This document shows positions 9,222 through 22,946 of a DNA stretch of 64,000 nt, piece after piece. A program made the position numbers and the translations under genes. Positions within the stretch are counted from its first letter, which is position 1, and every line of letters begins with the position of its first letter. The notes below the pieces were generated by a model. The model saw only the letters and a program-made list of their open reading frames with translations. It was not told where the DNA came from and made no database searches. Source of the DNA: Nostoc sp. DedSLP01 (GTDB taxonomy: Bacteria; Cyanobacteriota; Cyanobacteriia; Cyanobacteriales; Nostocaceae); assembly GCA_034530875.2 (NCBI GenBank), contig JAVRCJ020000038.1, forward strand, positions 1 to 64,000. The letters are read 5' to 3'.

Positions 9222-12200
9222 TTACTCGTCGTCGAAATCGTCTTCGTCGTCTTCGTCGTCTTCGTAATCTTCTTCGTCTGCTACTTCATCAGCGATTAAG
9301 TCATCGTCATCATCTAAAATTGACCTTTCTACACGTCTGTTCCCATAACTAGGTTCTCCAAGAGTCGGAGAATCCAAATTATAGGTGCGAGCTGTGCGGT
9401 CATCTAAGACCATATCGAGGGGATCGTCAACTTCATCTAAGACGCTACTGCTAATATCAGTAGCATAGTCATCGATCGCACTGGTTTCTTCATAGGTATT
9501 GTAGCCAGTACCAGCCGGAATCAATCGCCCGATAATCACGTTTTCTTTTAATCCCCGCAGCCAGTCAGATTTGCCTTCAATAGCTGCTTCGGTAAGTACC
9601 CGTGTTGTCTCTTGGAAGGATGCAGCAGAAATAAAGCTGTCAGTGTTCAATGATGCTTTGGTGATACCTAATAGTACTGGGGTATACTGTGCCCTAGCAC
9701 CGCCTGTAATCGCCATTGCTTCGTTTACCTGCTCAACTTGGCGCAGTTCAACCAATTCGCCGGGAAGCATTGTGGTGTCACCACCATCATCAATCCTGAC
9801 CTTGTTGGTCATCTGGCGCACAATTACTTCAATATGCTTATCGGAAATATCAATCCCTTGAGACTGATACACCATTTGCACTTCATTCACTAAGAATGTC
9901 TGTACCTTCTGCAAAGCATGGCTAGCACAAGCATAAACTCCGTCTTCAGAACCCAAGCTAAAGAAGATTTCCAAAATTTCATGCGGGTTCGATGGGCCAT
10001 CGGTCAACGGTTGCCCTGCTGATATATGAGATCCATCCGGCACAATTAAGTTTTGTCCCGGGCCTAGAGGATAATCTGTGACGACGCCATTTGATTCTAC
10101 GACTTTAATGGCGATCGCTTCATCACCATCACCGTAAACAACCTTGACTTCTCCCGCCCGCCGTGCTAATATACACGCTTCTTTTGGTTTACGAGCTTCC
10201 AGCAATTCTTCAATCCGGGGCAAACCTTGAATAATGTCTCCGGTTTTGGCGCGTTCAAATACCAATAGCACCAAGTTATCACCCCGTTGTACCAGATCGC
10301 CATCTTCTATTTGTAAGACAGCGCCTGGACTAACTCGGTAGGGACGACCGACGCGGATAGTAATAGCGTAGTTCTGAGTGCTAAGTGCTGAACCCTGAGA
10401 ATTCTCTTCGCTCAGCGCTTTGGATTCAGCACTGGTTAATTTTTTGACGTCGATTACTTGCCCGGATTCGTCAGTAAAAACTCCCGTGGCAACTTCTGTA
10501 CCTGCTACCAGCAAGTCACCCACCTTCACTTTCGGCTGAGTACTGGTATTGACGGTAATCAAATCAGTTTCCCGCAAAACCAAACAGCGACGAACGTTTT
10601 CGGTTCCCTTTTGTACGCCTCGGACTATCCCGCCTTCTTTAGACAAGATTTGGGTACGTGCGACTACAGAACCAGGGGCGATGGTTAGCCCATCTTGGAC
10701 TTCCAGTGTTGTCTGGGTACTACCTTGGGTAGCATCAGCGGTAATGTCTCGACGAATTACCAAGGATTCCAAAATCACCAGCTGCAAGCGTTGAACTTCT
10801 GAATCTTCGGTATCCTGTACCAATTCAATATCTGCGGCTAAGGGTGAGGCGTTGTGGTCTTGTTCGCCTTCTTGCTCAATTTCCAGCACTAGCTGCGTTC
10901 TCAGCAGTTCCACGCCTTCAACAGATTTCACCCGTTCGGAATCCTTGTAAGGCAGCCGTTGTACTGCGCGTAACTGAATAGAACGCCCAGTTTGTTGGCT
11001 AACTGATGTAGTTGAGGGCACATCAGGATTGTTCGGTACGGCGAACTCGACTACAGGACGACTTAACAGGGCAGGGCCTTCTGGTGTCTCCACATACTGG
11101 ATATAGCGTAATTCGGTGGCGACAGTGCCTTGAAATTCCTCGCCTGGTTGCACGAAGGTGTTATCTCTCCCGATAACTGCTTCGGGATCGTCCACCATCA
11201 GCAGTTCCCCTGGTTTGATGACCACTTCTCGCAAGATGTCGTTTTTCTGGGTAACTTCGATGACACCGCTGTTTTGGCAGAAGATATCCTTGACAACTTC
11301 GGTGCCAGCTTCGACAAACTGACCGTCTTCTACCAATAGCAAGGAGATATCTTTATTAACTTCGTGGGTTTCTTCGGGAATCCACAACAGCGTACCGCCT
11401 TGGACAACTTCGTAACCCAGTTTGGCTTTGCCTTTTTTCTGGACTTCCACGCCCGCGAATTTTAAGAATCCACCAGTGGTTGTGCGATAGCGGTCATCAA
11501 TTAACTCGGCTACCACTTGACCATTTTGCACTTTTGTACCTGGTGTGGCGCGGAGGTTAAAGACTTGGTTGTTGCCAGTGGAAACTAGGTAGTTATTGCG
11601 ACCTTGGGAACTTTGGACTGTTACCGTTGCTTGGTCTAAGACTACAGAAGCAGTAATAATTTCAATTTCCCTGGTACTCTTCCCTGGAGTAGCTTCCGGC
11701 AAGCGCACCACACCACCGTGCAGAGTAGTTAATTTGGTTTCTGCTAATACTCCATTAGAAGCGATCGCATCACCATTTTTCACCACCAATTCAGCACCGG
11801 GCGGCAAGTTATAAACTTCCCCAGACAAAATCCAAATCAAACCACCGCGTGCGGCTGTGGTTGTGGTGTTGCCTTGACGGTCAGTTTTTTGTTCTGGAAC
11901 GACTTCGGCAAATTGCACTTCTCCTGCCAAGTCAGAAGCCACATCTTTAACGGCTTTTTCTGTATTAGTCCGGGTTGTGCGTCCACCAAGGGCGACTTCT
12001 GCCAACAACTGGCCTTGTTTTACCTGATTGCCGTCAAATACATATAATGTAGAACCTTGAGTTAGCTGCACCTCTTGGTTACCTGGTGTGGCATCGCCTT
12101 CTTTTTTAGGTTCCAAAATGATGACGCCATTGGCCTCAACATACAAGGCATCTTCCCCATGGCGGGTACGATATTGTCTTGTCCGTAATTTGCGGGGAAT

Positions 12201-13286
12201 TTTCACAGTCCCATCAATTTTAGAACGGACTTGTTGTGCCACTTCCCCGGTAAACACACCACCTGTGTGGAATGTCCGCATGGTTAGCTGAGTACCTGGT
12301 TCGCCGATACTTTGGGCAGCAATGATCCCCACAGCTTCGCCCAAGTCCACCATCTTGGCATGGGCTAAACTCCAGCCATAACAATGTTGACACACAGAAC
12401 GTGCAGCTTCACAAGTTAGGGGACTCCGCACTACAACCTCTCCCACCCCAGACCTGCCTATTTCCTTCGCCAAGTCGTCAGAAATTGGGGTGTTGCGTGG
12501 TGCAATCACTTCTTTTGTGACTGGATGCACTACGTCTTCGCCAATTACCCGTCCCATCAAGCGGTTTGCCAGAGGAATCAAAGTTTTGGCACCTTCTGTC
12601 ATTGGCCGAATGGGAATGCCTCTGGTGGTGCCGCAGTCGAATTCGCGAATAATCACATCCTGGGATACGTCCACCAAACGTCGGGTTAGATAACCAGAGT
12701 CAGCCGTCCGTAAGGCGGTATCCACCAATCCTTTTCTCGCACCGTAAGACGAAATAATGTATTCCGTCACGGTTAAGCCTTCGCGGAAGTTGGTTTTGAT
12801 TGGCAAGTCGATAATTTCCCCTTGGGGATCTGCCATCAGCCCCCGCATCCCCACTAATTGGCGGACTTGGGAGATGTTACCCCGCGCCCCAGAGAATGCC
12901 ATCATGTATACGGAGTTGAGGGGATTAGTCTTCTTGAAGTGGACAACTACCTCATCTTTGAGGGCTTCACTGGTACCGTTCCAAGTATCAATTACCTTTT
13001 GGAAGCGTTCTACTTCAGTTATTTCACCCCGTTGGTAACGAGCTTCAGTGGCGCGAATTTCTTCTTCGGCTGCTTCCAGGAGCGATCGCTTAGTAGGAGG
13101 CACCATCAAGTCATCTACACTAATGGAAACCCCTGCTTTGGTGGCGTAGCGAAAACCCAAATCCTTGAGTTTGTCCGCCATGACTGCGGTTCGCGCCGTA
13201 CCATAATGCGTAAAGGCCCAAGAAATCAAATTTCTCAGTTGACCCTTATCCACCACCCGATTGCGAAAAATCATTTTTTCAGTCAT
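9222..13286 (-). CDS. rpoC2: RNA polymerase beta'' subunit (RpoC2)
   Basis: [39 protein letters not shown], large SI3 insertion, [11 protein letters not shown]. Confidence 0.99.
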   Translation of the reverse strand: MTEKMIFRNRVVDKGQLRNLISWAFTHYGTARTAVMADKLKDLGFRYATKAGVSISVDDLMVPPTKRSLLEAAEEEIRATEARYQRGEITEVERFQKVIDTWNGTSEALKDEVVVHFKKTNPLNSVYMMAFSGARGNISQVRQLVGMRGLMADPQGEIIDLPIKTNFREGLTVTEYIISSYGARKGLVDTALRTADSGYLTRRLVDVSQDVIIREFDCGTTRGIPIRPMTEGAKTLIPLANRLMGRVIGEDVVHPVTKEVIAPRNTPISDDLAKEIGRSGVGEVVVRSPLTCEAARSVCQHCYGWSLAHAKMVDLGEAVGIIAAQSIGEPGTQLTMRTFHTGGVFTGEVAQQVRSKIDGTVKIPRKLRTRQYRTRHGEDALYVEANGVIILEPKKEGDATPGNQEVQLTQGSTLYVFDGNQVKQGQLLAEVALGGRTTRTNTEKAVKDVASDLAGEVQFAEVVPEQKTDRQGNTTTTAARGGLIWILSGEVYNLPPGAELVVKNGDAIASNGVLAETKLTTLHGGVVRLPEATPGKSTREIEIITASVVLDQATVTVQSSQGRNNYLVSTGNNQVFNLRATPGTKVQNGQVVAELIDDRYRTTTGGFLKFAGVEVQKKGKAKLGYEVVQGGTLLWIPEETHEVNKDISLLLVEDGQFVEAGTEVVKDIFCQNSGVIEVTQKNDILREVVIKPGELLMVDDPEAVIGRDNTFVQPGEEFQGTVATELRYIQYVETPEGPALLSRPVVEFAVPNNPDVPSTTSVSQQTGRSIQLRAVQRLPYKDSERVKSVEGVELLRTQLVLEIEQEGEQDHNASPLAADIELVQDTEDSEVQRLQLVILESLVIRRDITADATQGSTQTTLEVQDGLTIAPGSVVARTQILSKEGGIVRGVQKGTENVRRCLVLRETDLITVNTSTQPKVKVGDLLVAGTEVATGVFTDESGQVIDVKKLTSAESKALSEENSQGSALSTQNYAITIRVGRPYRVSPGAVLQIEDGDLVQRGDNLVLLVFERAKTGDIIQGLPRIEELLEARKPKEACILARRAGEVKVVYGDGDEAIAIKVVESNGVVTDYPLGPGQNLIVPDGSHISAGQPLTDGPSNPHEILEIFFSLGSEDGVYACASHALQKVQTFLVNEVQMVYQSQGIDISDKHIEVIVRQMTNKVRIDDGGDTTMLPGELVELRQVEQVNEAMAITGGARAQYTPVLLGITKASLNTDSFISAASFQETTRVLTEAAIEGKSDWLRGLKENVIIGRLIPAGTGYNTYEETSAIDDYATDISSSVLDEVDDPLDMVLDDRTARTYNLDSPTLGEPSYGNRRVERSILDDDDDLIADEVADEEDYEDDEDDEDDFDDE

Positions 13287-13384
13287 TAGTCATTAGTCCT
13301 AAGTCATTGGGGATTGGGTATTGGGTATTGGGTATTGGGTACTGGGTATTTTTCCCAGTCACCAGTCCCCAGTCACCAGTCCCT
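13281..13384. repeat. STRR heptamer tandem repeats with inverted arms
   Basis: (AGTCATT)n, (GGGTATT)n, then (CCAGTCA/C)n. Confidence 0.85.
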
Positions 13385-15260
13385 AACTTGCTAGTGCTTC
13401 CTGAATCGCTTTATTGTAAATAACCCGACCAGGCGTTGTACGTATATACTGTGAAAGGAGATTTCCTTGAGCGTCTTCTCTGACTCTGCGGAACTTATAC
13501 TTTAATGTCCGGCTACCATCTTCGTTTTCTTGCACCTCAAGAGGTTCTGTATCCGGTTGGTCTGATTCGAGTTCGCCATCAAACCGCACAAAGATATAGG
13601 CGTGCAAGTCGATTTCCTCTTGCTGGAAAGCCATAATTACGTCATCTAATGAAGCAAAATACTTGCCTGCGCCTTTGGTAGCACCAGGATTTTCTGCTGT
13701 TAAGTAATATGCTCCCAATACCATGTCTTGGCTGGGCGTGATAATGGGTTTACCTGTGGCTGGTGACAAAATATTGTTAGAAGCCAACATCAACAACCGC
13801 GCCTCAGCCTGACTTTCTAACGAAAGTGGCACGTGTACCGCCATTTGGTCGCCATCAAAGTCGGCGTTAAATGCCGGACACACCAAAGGATGCAGTTGAA
13901 TTGCTCTCCCTTCTACCAAAATTGGTTCAAAAGACTGAATACCCAAACGGTGCAACGTTGGTGCCCGGTTAAGTAACACTGGGTGTCCTTCAATTACTTC
14001 TTCTAGTACATCCCAAACACTGGGGTCATTACGCGATATTAGCTTTTTCGCAGCTTTGATGTTATTCACCATGCCACTGCGAATTAGGCGGTTAATCACA
14101 AATGGTTGAAATAGCTCAATTGCCATTTCTCTAGGCAAACCGCACTGGTGAATTTTCAGCTTTGGCCCCACCACAATTACCGAACGTCCTGAGTAGTCAA
14201 CTCGTTTACCCAACAAGTTTTGTCTAAAACGTCCTTGCTTACCTTCAATAATGTCGGACAAAGATTTCAGGGGTCGGTTATTTGCCCCTACCACAGTCCG
14301 TCCCCGACGACCATTGTCAATCAAAGCATCTACCGCTTCTTGCAGCATCCGCTTTTCGTTTCGCACAATAATCTCTGGCGCTAAAATTTCTTGCAGCCGT
14401 GCCAAACGATTATTGCGGTTAATTACCCGCCGATACAAATCATTCAAGTCGCTAGTAGCAAAGCGTCCGCCATCTAGCTGCACCATTGGGCGCAAGTCGG
14501 GGGGAATCACTGGAATAACTGCCATAACCATCCACTCTGGTTTGGAACCAGTAGCGATGAAGTTGTCAATGACCCGCAGCCGTTTAATTAGCTTGGCTCG
14601 CTTTTGTCCCTTGGCATTGCCAATTTCTTCCCGCAGGCTTTCAGCTTCTTGCTCCAAATTGATATCGGCAAGCAAGCGCAGTAGTGCTTCGGCACCAATG
14701 CCTACCTCTACCCCTTGTAGCTGAGAATCTTCACTATAAATTTGGTCTTCAATTTCCAGCCATTGGTCTTCACTAAGTAGCTGTTTGTAAGTTAAAGTTT
14801 CGGCATTGCCTGGACTTAAGACAACATAAGAGTTGAAATAGACAATTTGCTCTACATCCCGCAAGGGCATATCCAGCAGGATGGAAATATAGCTAGGAAT
14901 GCCTTTGAGATACCAAACGTGAGCTACTGGTGCGGCGAGTTTAATATAGCCCATCCGGTGACGACGCACCCGTGACTCAGTGACTTCTACCCCACAGCGC
15001 TCGCAGACAATACCTCTGTGACGAACTCTTTTATACTTGCCACAATGACATTCCCAATCTTTCGCCGGGCCAAAGATGCGCTCGCAGAATAAGCCATCCA
15101 TCTCTGGCTTGAGAGTCCGGTAATTAATCGTTTCTGGCTTGGTAACTTCACCAACTACCTGACCATTGGGCAAAGTTCTCTCGCCCCACTGGCGAATACG
15201 TTCTGGTGATGCTAAGCCGATTTTTACGTAGTCAAACTGATTAGTTTGGGCTGGTCTCAT
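13383..15260 (-). CDS. rpoC1: RNA polymerase gamma subunit (RpoC1)
   Basis: Zn-finger CHCGKYK...CERCGVE; catalytic NADFDGD. Confidence 0.99.
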   Translation of the reverse strand: MRPAQTNQFDYVKIGLASPERIRQWGERTLPNGQVVGEVTKPETINYRTLKPEMDGLFCERIFGPAKDWECHCGKYKRVRHRGIVCERCGVEVTESRVRRHRMGYIKLAAPVAHVWYLKGIPSYISILLDMPLRDVEQIVYFNSYVVLSPGNAETLTYKQLLSEDQWLEIEDQIYSEDSQLQGVEVGIGAEALLRLLADINLEQEAESLREEIGNAKGQKRAKLIKRLRVIDNFIATGSKPEWMVMAVIPVIPPDLRPMVQLDGGRFATSDLNDLYRRVINRNNRLARLQEILAPEIIVRNEKRMLQEAVDALIDNGRRGRTVVGANNRPLKSLSDIIEGKQGRFRQNLLGKRVDYSGRSVIVVGPKLKIHQCGLPREMAIELFQPFVINRLIRSGMVNNIKAAKKLISRNDPSVWDVLEEVIEGHPVLLNRAPTLHRLGIQSFEPILVEGRAIQLHPLVCPAFNADFDGDQMAVHVPLSLESQAEARLLMLASNNILSPATGKPIITPSQDMVLGAYYLTAENPGATKGAGKYFASLDDVIMAFQQEEIDLHAYIFVRFDGELESDQPDTEPLEVQENEDGSRTLKYKFRRVREDAQGNLLSQYIRTTPGRVIYNKAIQEALAS

Positions 15261-15269
15261 ACTTTAAGT

Positions 15270-15421
15270 GCTGAGTTTCGAGTTATGAGTATATTTAGTT
15301 TTCAGTTAAGAGTAAGGAGTTAGGAGTTATGAGTTATGAGTTGTGAGTTATAAGTAAAACTTTTAATTAGTCTTTACTCCTCACTCCTAACTCCTTACTC
15401 TTAACCCCTCACTCCTCACTT
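15270..15421. repeat. STRR heptamer repeats forming a long imperfect inverted repeat
   Basis: (GAGTTAT/GAGTTAG)n followed by (ACTCCTC/ACTCCTA)n. Confidence 0.8.
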
Positions 15422-15422
15422 T

Positions 15423-18400
15423 CTATTCGTCATCTTCCAGCGATTCGCGGGAAAGAGATTCATAGGTGGGTCTGGGAGGTGTACGGCGGGCTGATTGGTC
15501 TGCCATCAAATCGACTTCCACATCTAAAGAACTACCGTCTGCTTGGGTTTCAACCTTGTGTACCGCAATATCTAACCCCAAGGATTGTAGTTCGCGCATT
15601 AACACCTTAAAGGACTCTGGTGTTCCCGGTCGAGGAATTGCCTTACCTTTAACGATCGCATTTAACGCTTCATTCCGTCCTTGCATATCGTCGGATTTCA
15701 CTGTCAGCAATTCCTGTAAGGTGTAAGCTGCACCAAAGGCTTCCAATGCCCACACTTCCATTTCCCCGAACCGCTGACCGCCTTGTTGGGCTTTACCACC
15801 CAAGGGTTGCTGGGTCACCAGTGAGTAAGGACCTGTGGAACGGGCGTGAATCTTATCGTCTACCAAATGCACCAGCTTCAGCATGTAAGCCACGCCAATG
15901 GTGATTGGTCGGTCAAAAGGTTCGCCTGTGCGTCCATCAAACACCATGATTTTACCTGGGTCATCTGGGTTATATACCCAGTCTTTGCTGGTTTCATCCC
16001 GTGCTTCTTGCAATTTGCCATGCACGATTCTCCGAGATGACTCTTCACCATACATTTCATCAAAGGGAGTAATCTTAAATCGCACTCCCAAGGTATGACC
16101 AGCCCAACCCAAAAGGCACTCAAATACTTGTCCGACGTTCATCCGGCTGGGTACGCCTAGAGGGTTGAGTACGATGTCTACTGGCGAACCGTCAGGTAAA
16201 TATGGCATATCTTCTGCTGGCAAGATCCGAGAAATAATCCCTTTATTACCGTGGCGTCCTGCCATTTTGTCCCCAACTTGGATTTTGCGTTTTTGGGCGA
16301 CATACACCCGGACTACCATATTGGCTCCTGGTGGCAATTCATCGCCTTGTTCGCGGGTAAATAAGCGCACGTCAACTACGCGCCCTTTTTCACCGTTAGG
16401 TACTCGCAGGGAATTGTCTCGCACATCCCGGGCTTTTTCACCGAAAATCGCACGCAAGAGTTTTTCTTCTGGTGGTTGGTCGGATTCACCTTTTGGCGTG
16501 ACTTTACCCACCAAGATATCGCCAGCTTCTACCCATGCCCCAATGCGGATGATCCCTTGTTCGTCTAACTGACGCAAGGCGTCTTCCCCGACGTTGGGAA
16601 TTTCTCTAGTGATTTCTTCTGGCCCTAGTTTTGTCTGTCTAGCCTCAATTTCATATTTTTCAATGTGAATTGAGGTGTAGATATCATCCTGTACCAGTCG
16701 CTCAGAAATTAAGATTGCGTCTTCGTAGTTGTAGCCTTCCCAAGGCATGTAAGCAACGACGATATTTTGTCCTAGCGCCAATTCACCACCTTCAGTGGAG
16801 GAGCCATCAGCTAGTACCTGACCTGCCACGACTCTTTCACTAATGCGGACGAGGGGCTTCTGGTTCAAACAAGTATCTTGGTTTGAGCGTTGGTACTTAG
16901 AAAGTGGATATCTAATTTCTGGAGTATTGGGTTTTGGACGCACGCGAATTTCTGTAGCATCTACGTATGTGACATCGCCATCAGTACGCGAGACAATTAC
17001 CATCCCGGAATCTCTTGCTCCTTGGGCTTCCAAACCTGTGCCCACTAATGGACGCTCTGGCTTGAGCAGGGGTACTGCTTGCCGTTGCATGTTCGATCCC
17101 ATTAGCGCTCGGTTAGCGTCGTCATGCTCCAAGAAAGGAATCATGCTAGTAGCTACTGACACAATTTGTACTGGAGATACCGCTACGTAGTCTACTTGCT
17201 CTGGGGTTGTGGTGGAGAATTCTTGACGATAGCGTACTGGCACTTGGGGCCCGATAATGTGGCCATTGTCATCAACGGGAATATCTCCAGGAGCAACCCG
17301 CAAATCGTCTTCTTCATCAGCAGTCATGTAGACTGGCGGCAAATCAAATCTGACCCGTCCATTTTCTACAGGTCTAAATGGCGTTTCTAAGAAGCCGTAT
17401 TGGTTCACCCGCGCATGAGTCGCCAAGGAGCCAATCAACCCAGCGTTAGGGCCTTCTGGTGTTTCAATTGGGCAAATACGTCCGTAGTGACTAGGATGAA
17501 TATCCCGCACAGCAAACCCCGCACGTTCGCGAGTTAAACCACCAGGGCCGAGGGCACTCAAGCGCCGTTTGTGAGTCAGTTCTGCTAAGGGATTAGTTTG
17601 ATCCATGAACTGACTTAATTGGCTGGAGCCAAAGAATTCTTTAATTGCTGCTACTAGTGGTTTGGGGTTTACCAGGGAAGCAGGAGTGAGTACTTCGGCA
17701 TCAGATACGGTCATCCGTTCCCGAATGATTCTTTCTAGGCGGTTTAAGCCTACCCGCACTTGGTTTTGCAGCAATTCGCCAACGCTTCTCACACGACGGT
17801 TACCTAAGTGGTCAATGTCATCTATGTTGCCGATATCATATTCCAAATTAATTAGGTAATCTACCGCTGCCAAAATATCGTTCGAGGTCAGCACGCGCAT
17901 GGTGTCGGGGACAGAGAGGCGCAATTTTTTGTTGAGCTTGTACCGGCCAACGCGACCCAAGTCATAACGTTTCGGGTCAAAGAAACGGGAATCTAAGAGT
18001 TGTTGTCCGCCTAAGACTGTGGGAGGTTCGCCAGGACGCAGTTTCCGATACAACTCCATCAGGGCTTCTTCTTCAGAAAATTGCCCTTCTTTTTCAATGG
18101 TTTTTTGGAAATATTCGGGGTGGCGTAAGGCGTCAAAGATTTCGTTGTCTGATAAGCCTAAAGCTTTTAAGAGTACCTGGGCCGAGAGTTTGCGAGTTTT
18201 GTCGATGCGTACCCACACCAGATCGTTACGGTCTGTTTCAAATTTCAGCCATGCTCCCCGGTTGGGAATTAAGCTAGCAGAATAAGTACGCCGCCCGTTT
18301 TTATCGATTTCTGATTTGTAATAAACTCCTGGCGATCGCACTATTTGATTGACAATCACCCGTTCGGCTCCGTTGATAATAAACGTGCCGCGGTCGGTCA

Positions 18401-18722
18401 TCAAAGGCAAATCTCCAATGAATACCTCTTGCTCTTTGATTTCCCCGGTTTCTTTATTAATCAAGCGTGTGGGAACATACATTTGGACGGCATAAGTGCT
18501 ATCTCGCCGTTTGGCTTCTTCAACGCTATACTTTGGCTCTTTGAGTTTGTAGTTCTGACCCAAAAAGTGTAATTCCAGTTTGCCCGTGTAATCTGTGATC
18601 GGACTAAAGGAGTTCAGTTCTTCTATCAACCCTTCTTCCAAAAACCAGCGAAAGCTTGAACGCTGGATTTCAATCAAGTCGGGCAATAGAAAGGAGGGTT
18701 CCATATATGTTTCTTTAGTCAT
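15423..18722 (-). CDS. rpoB: RNA polymerase beta subunit (likely start [11 protein letters not shown] track extends to 18764)
   Basis: [41 protein letters not shown]-type RBS before the ATG at 18722. Confidence 0.99.
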   Translation of the reverse strand: MTKETYMEPSFLLPDLIEIQRSSFRWFLEEGLIEELNSFSPITDYTGKLELHFLGQNYKLKEPKYSVEEAKRRDSTYAVQMYVPTRLINKETGEIKEQEVFIGDLPLMTDRGTFIINGAERVIVNQIVRSPGVYYKSEIDKNGRRTYSASLIPNRGAWLKFETDRNDLVWVRIDKTRKLSAQVLLKALGLSDNEIFDALRHPEYFQKTIEKEGQFSEEEALMELYRKLRPGEPPTVLGGQQLLDSRFFDPKRYDLGRVGRYKLNKKLRLSVPDTMRVLTSNDILAAVDYLINLEYDIGNIDDIDHLGNRRVRSVGELLQNQVRVGLNRLERIIRERMTVSDAEVLTPASLVNPKPLVAAIKEFFGSSQLSQFMDQTNPLAELTHKRRLSALGPGGLTRERAGFAVRDIHPSHYGRICPIETPEGPNAGLIGSLATHARVNQYGFLETPFRPVENGRVRFDLPPVYMTADEEDDLRVAPGDIPVDDNGHIIGPQVPVRYRQEFSTTTPEQVDYVAVSPVQIVSVATSMIPFLEHDDANRALMGSNMQRQAVPLLKPERPLVGTGLEAQGARDSGMVIVSRTDGDVTYVDATEIRVRPKPNTPEIRYPLSKYQRSNQDTCLNQKPLVRISERVVAGQVLADGSSTEGGELALGQNIVVAYMPWEGYNYEDAILISERLVQDDIYTSIHIEKYEIEARQTKLGPEEITREIPNVGEDALRQLDEQGIIRIGAWVEAGDILVGKVTPKGESDQPPEEKLLRAIFGEKARDVRDNSLRVPNGEKGRVVDVRLFTREQGDELPPGANMVVRVYVAQKRKIQVGDKMAGRHGNKGIISRILPAEDMPYLPDGSPVDIVLNPLGVPSRMNVGQVFECLLGWAGHTLGVRFKITPFDEMYGEESSRRIVHGKLQEARDETSKDWVYNPDDPGKIMVFDGRTGEPFDRPITIGVAYMLKLVHLVDDKIHARSTGPYSLVTQQPLGGKAQQGGQRFGEMEVWALEAFGAAYTLQELLTVKSDDMQGRNEALNAIVKGKAIPRPGTPESFKVLMRELQSLGLDIAVHKVETQADGSSLDVEVDLMADQSARRTPPRPTYESLSRESLEDDE

Positions 18723-18911
18723 GCCTCTACCTTTGTCAACCTGGTTAAATTTTCCCTTGGACACTGCTGTTTAATGCTTCCCACTGCTAGCCAGTGCCCG
18801 AGCTGTTTTGGGACTTTTCTCTATACACCTAAACCCTAAACAAATGCGGTCAAGCACAGCCATGAAACCTTGAATGAGCGATTTCCCATATAGAGTAATC
18901 GCCCTTAATAG

Positions 18912-19026
18912 AGATTGGTATTGGATACCGGGTACTGGATATTGGGTATCGTAAATTAGGAAAACTCTTCCCTACTTTCCATTCCCTAGTTACCAGTTCC
19001 CAGTCCCTAGTCGCCAATCCCCAGTT
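18912..19026. repeat. STRR heptamer repeats in the rpoB leader
   Basis: (GGTATTG/GGATACC)-like run then (CCAGTCC/CCAGTTC)-like run. Confidence 0.7.
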
Positions 19027-19530
19027 AAAATATTCCTGAATTCGATCTACTTTCCTCACTTCTCCTCCAAAAAGCGCGTTAATTTGCTTACGCAGCTCTA
19101 CACGGTGTGCTTTAAATCCACCGCGCCGTTTATACTCTCAGTGATATCCTAGATATCCTAAGTTTGAGGAAACGATCCGCATCGTGTCGGCTTTGAATCA
19201 GAACCACTTTATTTTGCTGGATTGTACTCACAAGACAATTTCATGTAACGATTTTGTATAGGTTATGTACACCAAGCTGATGTTGTGCAAAATTATGGCT
19301 TAACCTGATTTTTACGGTTAGTCATGTGTCGGGAGCATCCGCTTGTAGAGATTTGGAGGATGGTCAAGCCGATAACAGCACGGTAAATTCAGCCCAGAAG
19401 TTTTATGTTCCTTCCTTTCTCATTATGGCGCTTTTCAAATGTTTTGGAGGGAATGATTTTAGCATATTTTTTTCCTCCTAGAGTTTTATTTCTTGAGAGT
19501 GCAAGTGAATAAAATAGACTAAAGAACCGT

Positions 19531-20316
19531 TTATAGTGACAGACCGAATAATTTACAGGCGTTTTGCGTGGTTTGGTGGCCGATCGCTTCTACAGTTTCT
19601 TGACGCAGTTTTGCTACTTGCTCGGCTACATAACGGACGTAAGCCGGCTCATTGCGCCTCTCGCCTCGTTTGGGAACTGGAGCCAAAAAAGGACAATCTG
19701 TTTCAATCAGTAAGCGATCGCTACTCACCATCGCTGCTGAGGATTGGATCGCTTTGGCGTTTTTGAACGTTACTGTGCCGCTAAAGCTGATGTAAAACCC
19801 CAAGTCGAGAAACCATTGAGTTTCTTCAGGCGTTCCTCCCCAACAATGCATAACGCCGCGCAATCTTTCTCCTTTAAGTTGCCGCCATTTTTGCAGTACT
19901 TCTCTAGTTGCGGCAGCAGCATCGCGGCAGTGGATAATTACTGGTAAGTCGAGTTCAGATGCGATCGCTAACTGTGATTCAAACACCATGTATTGTTGCT
20001 GATAGTTATCAGCTTTGTAAAAATCCAGCCCCATTTCGCCAATTGCTACCACCTGCGAGTCAGAACTGGCCAAATATTTGATTTTTTCAGCAGTGTCGTG
20101 ATTCCATTTTTCAGCATCTAAAGGATGCAATCCTACAGCAAAACTGATTTCTGGAAACTCGTGGGCTATAGCTTGAATGCTGGAAAACTCCTCCGGGTGA
20201 ACGCACGAATGAACTAAACGTACTACGCCTGCTTCTTGCCACCGCGATCGAACTGTTGCTAAATCTGGCTGAAAATTATCAAAATTGAGATGGACGTGGG
20301 TGTCTATCAATTGCAT
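19531..20316 (-). CDS. tatD: TatD family hydrolase
   Basis: [35 protein letters not shown]. Confidence 0.95.
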   Translation of the reverse strand: MQLIDTHVHLNFDNFQPDLATVRSRWQEAGVVRLVHSCVHPEEFSSIQAIAHEFPEISFAVGLHPLDAEKWNHDTAEKIKYLASSDSQVVAIGEMGLDFYKADNYQQQYMVFESQLAIASELDLPVIIHCRDAAAATREVLQKWRQLKGERLRGVMHCWGGTPEETQWFLDLGFYISFSGTVTFKNAKAIQSSAAMVSSDRLLIETDCPFLAPVPKRGERRNEPAYVRYVAEQVAKLRQETVEAIGHQTTQNACKLFGLSL

Positions 20317-20456
20317 CGTTTGCCCTTTGTCTTTTGTGACAAAGTTCTGAACGCCGACTTTTGGCGATCGGACTTTGCGCTTTGTCTATTGGGCATTTGT
20401 CATTAGTTGTTTGTTTTGTTACCAATCAACTAACGACAAAAAACCAATTACTATGA

Positions 20457-20759
20457 CTACTCGGCTGTTTTTGTGAGGGGTTTTAGTTTCGTTGCCAATT
20501 TTGACTTTTTCCTTGCCCCATTATTCGGGTGAAGCACACCCCGTTTTACTGCTTTATCAATTTTGCTATAAGCTTCAGACAACTTAGACTGTACGTCTTG
20601 TTCAAATTCTGGGGTAGGATTAGCTGCATAGGCAGTTACAGCATTAAAGTATTTCTTCATCAGCGTCTTGACTGATGATTTATAAGCTTTATTACGCAGT
20701 CGATTGCGTTCTGCGATTTGGGCACGCTTGAGAGCAGACTTTGTATTCGCCACAGTCAA
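20457..20759 (-). CDS. rpsT: 30S ribosomal protein S20
   Basis: ANTKSALKR...NKAYKS...[20 protein letters not shown]. Confidence 0.97.
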   Translation of the reverse strand: MTVANTKSALKRAQIAERNRLRNKAYKSSVKTLMKKYFNAVTAYAANPTPEFEQDVQSKLSEAYSKIDKAVKRGVLHPNNGARKKSKLATKLKPLTKTAE

Positions 20760-21644
20760 TTCCAGAAACTATATAAATATGTACACACACTACTAGACTT
20801 ACTAATATAGCACCCAAATTGCCAATGTTATAATTTCCTAGAAAAATTCTGTTATTAGGTAGTTAGGAGTGAGAAATCATGGACTAGAGGGGTACAGGGG
20901 AGAATAATCAATCCTAACTCAACACTCCTGACTCGCGATACCCAAATCGCTATTTGCCCAATTTTCAGTGTGCCGTCAATTGAGAAAATGCGTTAAAATA
21001 AAGAACATCGATAAAATAGTCAGCCTAACTCACTAACCGAACAACCAACGTGATTGTTAATGCAATCTCCTGGTCAAAGCGGATAGAAAATCAAAAGTAA
21101 AGAACTGTAATACAGCTAAATTTCAGTGACTTTACAGTATAGAACCGATATTTGGTATCTGTACAGATGTTAACTAATATAAAGTTAGCAAAATAAGTAA
21201 AAGCTATAAAAAGACGTCTTCCATACCATTCCTTGTAAGATGGCTTAAAAGACGCCGTGACGCCTTTGAGTGTTGACGGTTAAGGTTAAATCCTATCTCC
21301 TTTTGAAGGTGGGATGAGCTTAAACTAAGACCCTACCCTCTGCAAATCCGGGAGATTGGATGTGCAAGCACACCACCTTTACGCCTGTAAGGAGTGAGGG
21401 TAAGGGCATAAGGATAGGGGGAAATAGCACGCCCGCTTCCTGGCGATCGTTAGTTCAGGCTTGTTGGATTGAACAATGAAGTCGCCTTTTCAACTAAACC
21501 ATCTGCTGCCAACCTTAGGAGTATCAAAAAAATCCAGGTTAAGCTAGAGAAGAGAATTAGAGTCAGCTTTCACACCCAAACGGGTGAAGAGCTTTTACTA
21601 AATCTCAGGTGGCAATATTATAATTTTGGCATTGTCCTTACTCC

Positions 21645-22946
21645 ATGCTGCGAATCATTACTCAGCAGGCAGACGTCATAGCAGAACTACAACGTATCTG
21701 CGATCGCACCCATGACGAACAGGTGCTTAACAAAGAAGCAACGGTGCGGGAAGTTTTGCAAGCAGTCAAGCGCCAAGGCGATAAAGCTGTACTGCATTAC
21801 ACTGCCGAATTTGACAAACAAACCCTCAAGCCAGAAGAACTCCGCGTTACAGGCTCAGAATTAGACGCAGCCTATCAACAGGTGTCAAAGGAGTTGATGG
21901 AAGCAATTCGGCTAGCTTGCCGCCAAATTGAAGCATTTCATCGTCAGCGAGTACCGAAAAGCTGGGTACACTTCGGCGACGATGAAATAGTGCTGGGCAA
22001 ACGCTACACTCCGGTAGACCGAGCCGGGCTGTATGTACCTGGTGGTCGCGCCGCCTATCCCAGTACAGTGCTGATGAATGCGATTCCGGCAAAGGTAGCT
22101 GGTGTACCTCGGGTAGTGATGGTAACACCACCAGGCGCAGGGGGAGTAATTAACCCAGCAGTATTGGTAGCAGCTCAAGAAGCAGGAGTGCAAGAAATTT
22201 ATCGCGTTGGCGGGGCACAAGCGATCGGTGCTTTAGCTTATGGCACAGAAACAATTCCCAAAGTGAATGTGATTACTGGGCCTGGTAATATTTATGTGAC
22301 CCTAGCGAAAAAACTTGTCTACGGCACCGTGGGTATTGATTCTTTGGCAGGCCCTTCCGAAGTGCTGGTGATTGCTGATGAAACTGCCAACCCAGTGCAT
22401 GTAGCTGCTGACTTATTAGCCCAAGCCGAACACGATCCAATGGCGGCAGCTATTTTGCTGACGACGGATGCGGCTTTAGCCAAGAACGTGCAAGTCGCTT
22501 TGGAAAGACAGCTTGTGGATCATCCACGGCGAATAGATACAGAAAAAGCGATCGCTCACTACGGCTTGATTATTGTTGTGGAATCTTTGACAGCAGCAGC
22601 AGAGCTCTCAAATGAATTTGCCCCCGAACACCTAGAATTAGAAGTTAAAGACCCTTGGGCACTGATACCACAAATTCGTCACGCAGGGGCAATCTTTTTG
22701 GGTTACTCGACACCAGAAGCAGTAGGTGACTACTTGGCAGGCCCTAACCATACTTTGCCGACATCTGGTGCTGCCCGTTATGCTTCAGCATTAGGAGTTG
22801 AAACTTTCCTCAAACATTCGAGTATTATTCAATACTCGCAAACTGCTTTGCAAAATGTAGCTAGTGCCATTGATGTACTAGCCACCGCAGAAGGTTTGCC
22901 TTCTCATGCTGATTCAGTACGACGCCGAATTCACCAAGAAGAGTAG
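21645..22946 (+). CDS. hisD: Histidinol dehydrogenase
   Basis: GLYVPGG, GPGNIYV, AGPSE, QAEHD, APEHLE, GPNHTLPT. Confidence 0.97.
   Translation: MLRIITQQADVIAELQRICDRTHDEQVLNKEATVREVLQAVKRQGDKAVLHYTAEFDKQTLKPEELRVTGSELDAAYQQVSKELMEAIRLACRQIEAFHRQRVPKSWVHFGDDEIVLGKRYTPVDRAGLYVPGGRAAYPSTVLMNAIPAKVAGVPRVVMVTPPGAGGVINPAVLVAAQEAGVQEIYRVGGAQAIGALAYGTETIPKVNVITGPGNIYVTLAKKLVYGTVGIDSLAGPSEVLVIADETANPVHVAADLLAQAEHDPMAAAILLTTDAALAKNVQVALERQLVDHPRRIDTEKAIAHYGLIIVVESLTAAAELSNEFAPEHLELEVKDPWALIPQIRHAGAIFLGYSTPEAVGDYLAGPNHTLPTSGAARYASALGVETFLKHSSIIQYSQTALQNVASAIDVLATAEGLPSHADSVRRRIHQEE

Noticed and set aside
9571..18572. Many short ORFs overlapping rpoC2/rpoC1/rpoB (likewise within hisD, hslO, the ABC genes, SNF2 and pnp)
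   Set aside because: Antisense or alternative-frame shadows of conserved genes, with no recognisable motifs.
18850..19059. 69-aa ORF upstream of rpoB
   Set aside because: Translation product of heptamer repeats.
21469..21681. 70-aa ORF overlapping the hisD start
   Set aside because: TTG start, no motif, not His-rich like an attenuator peptide.
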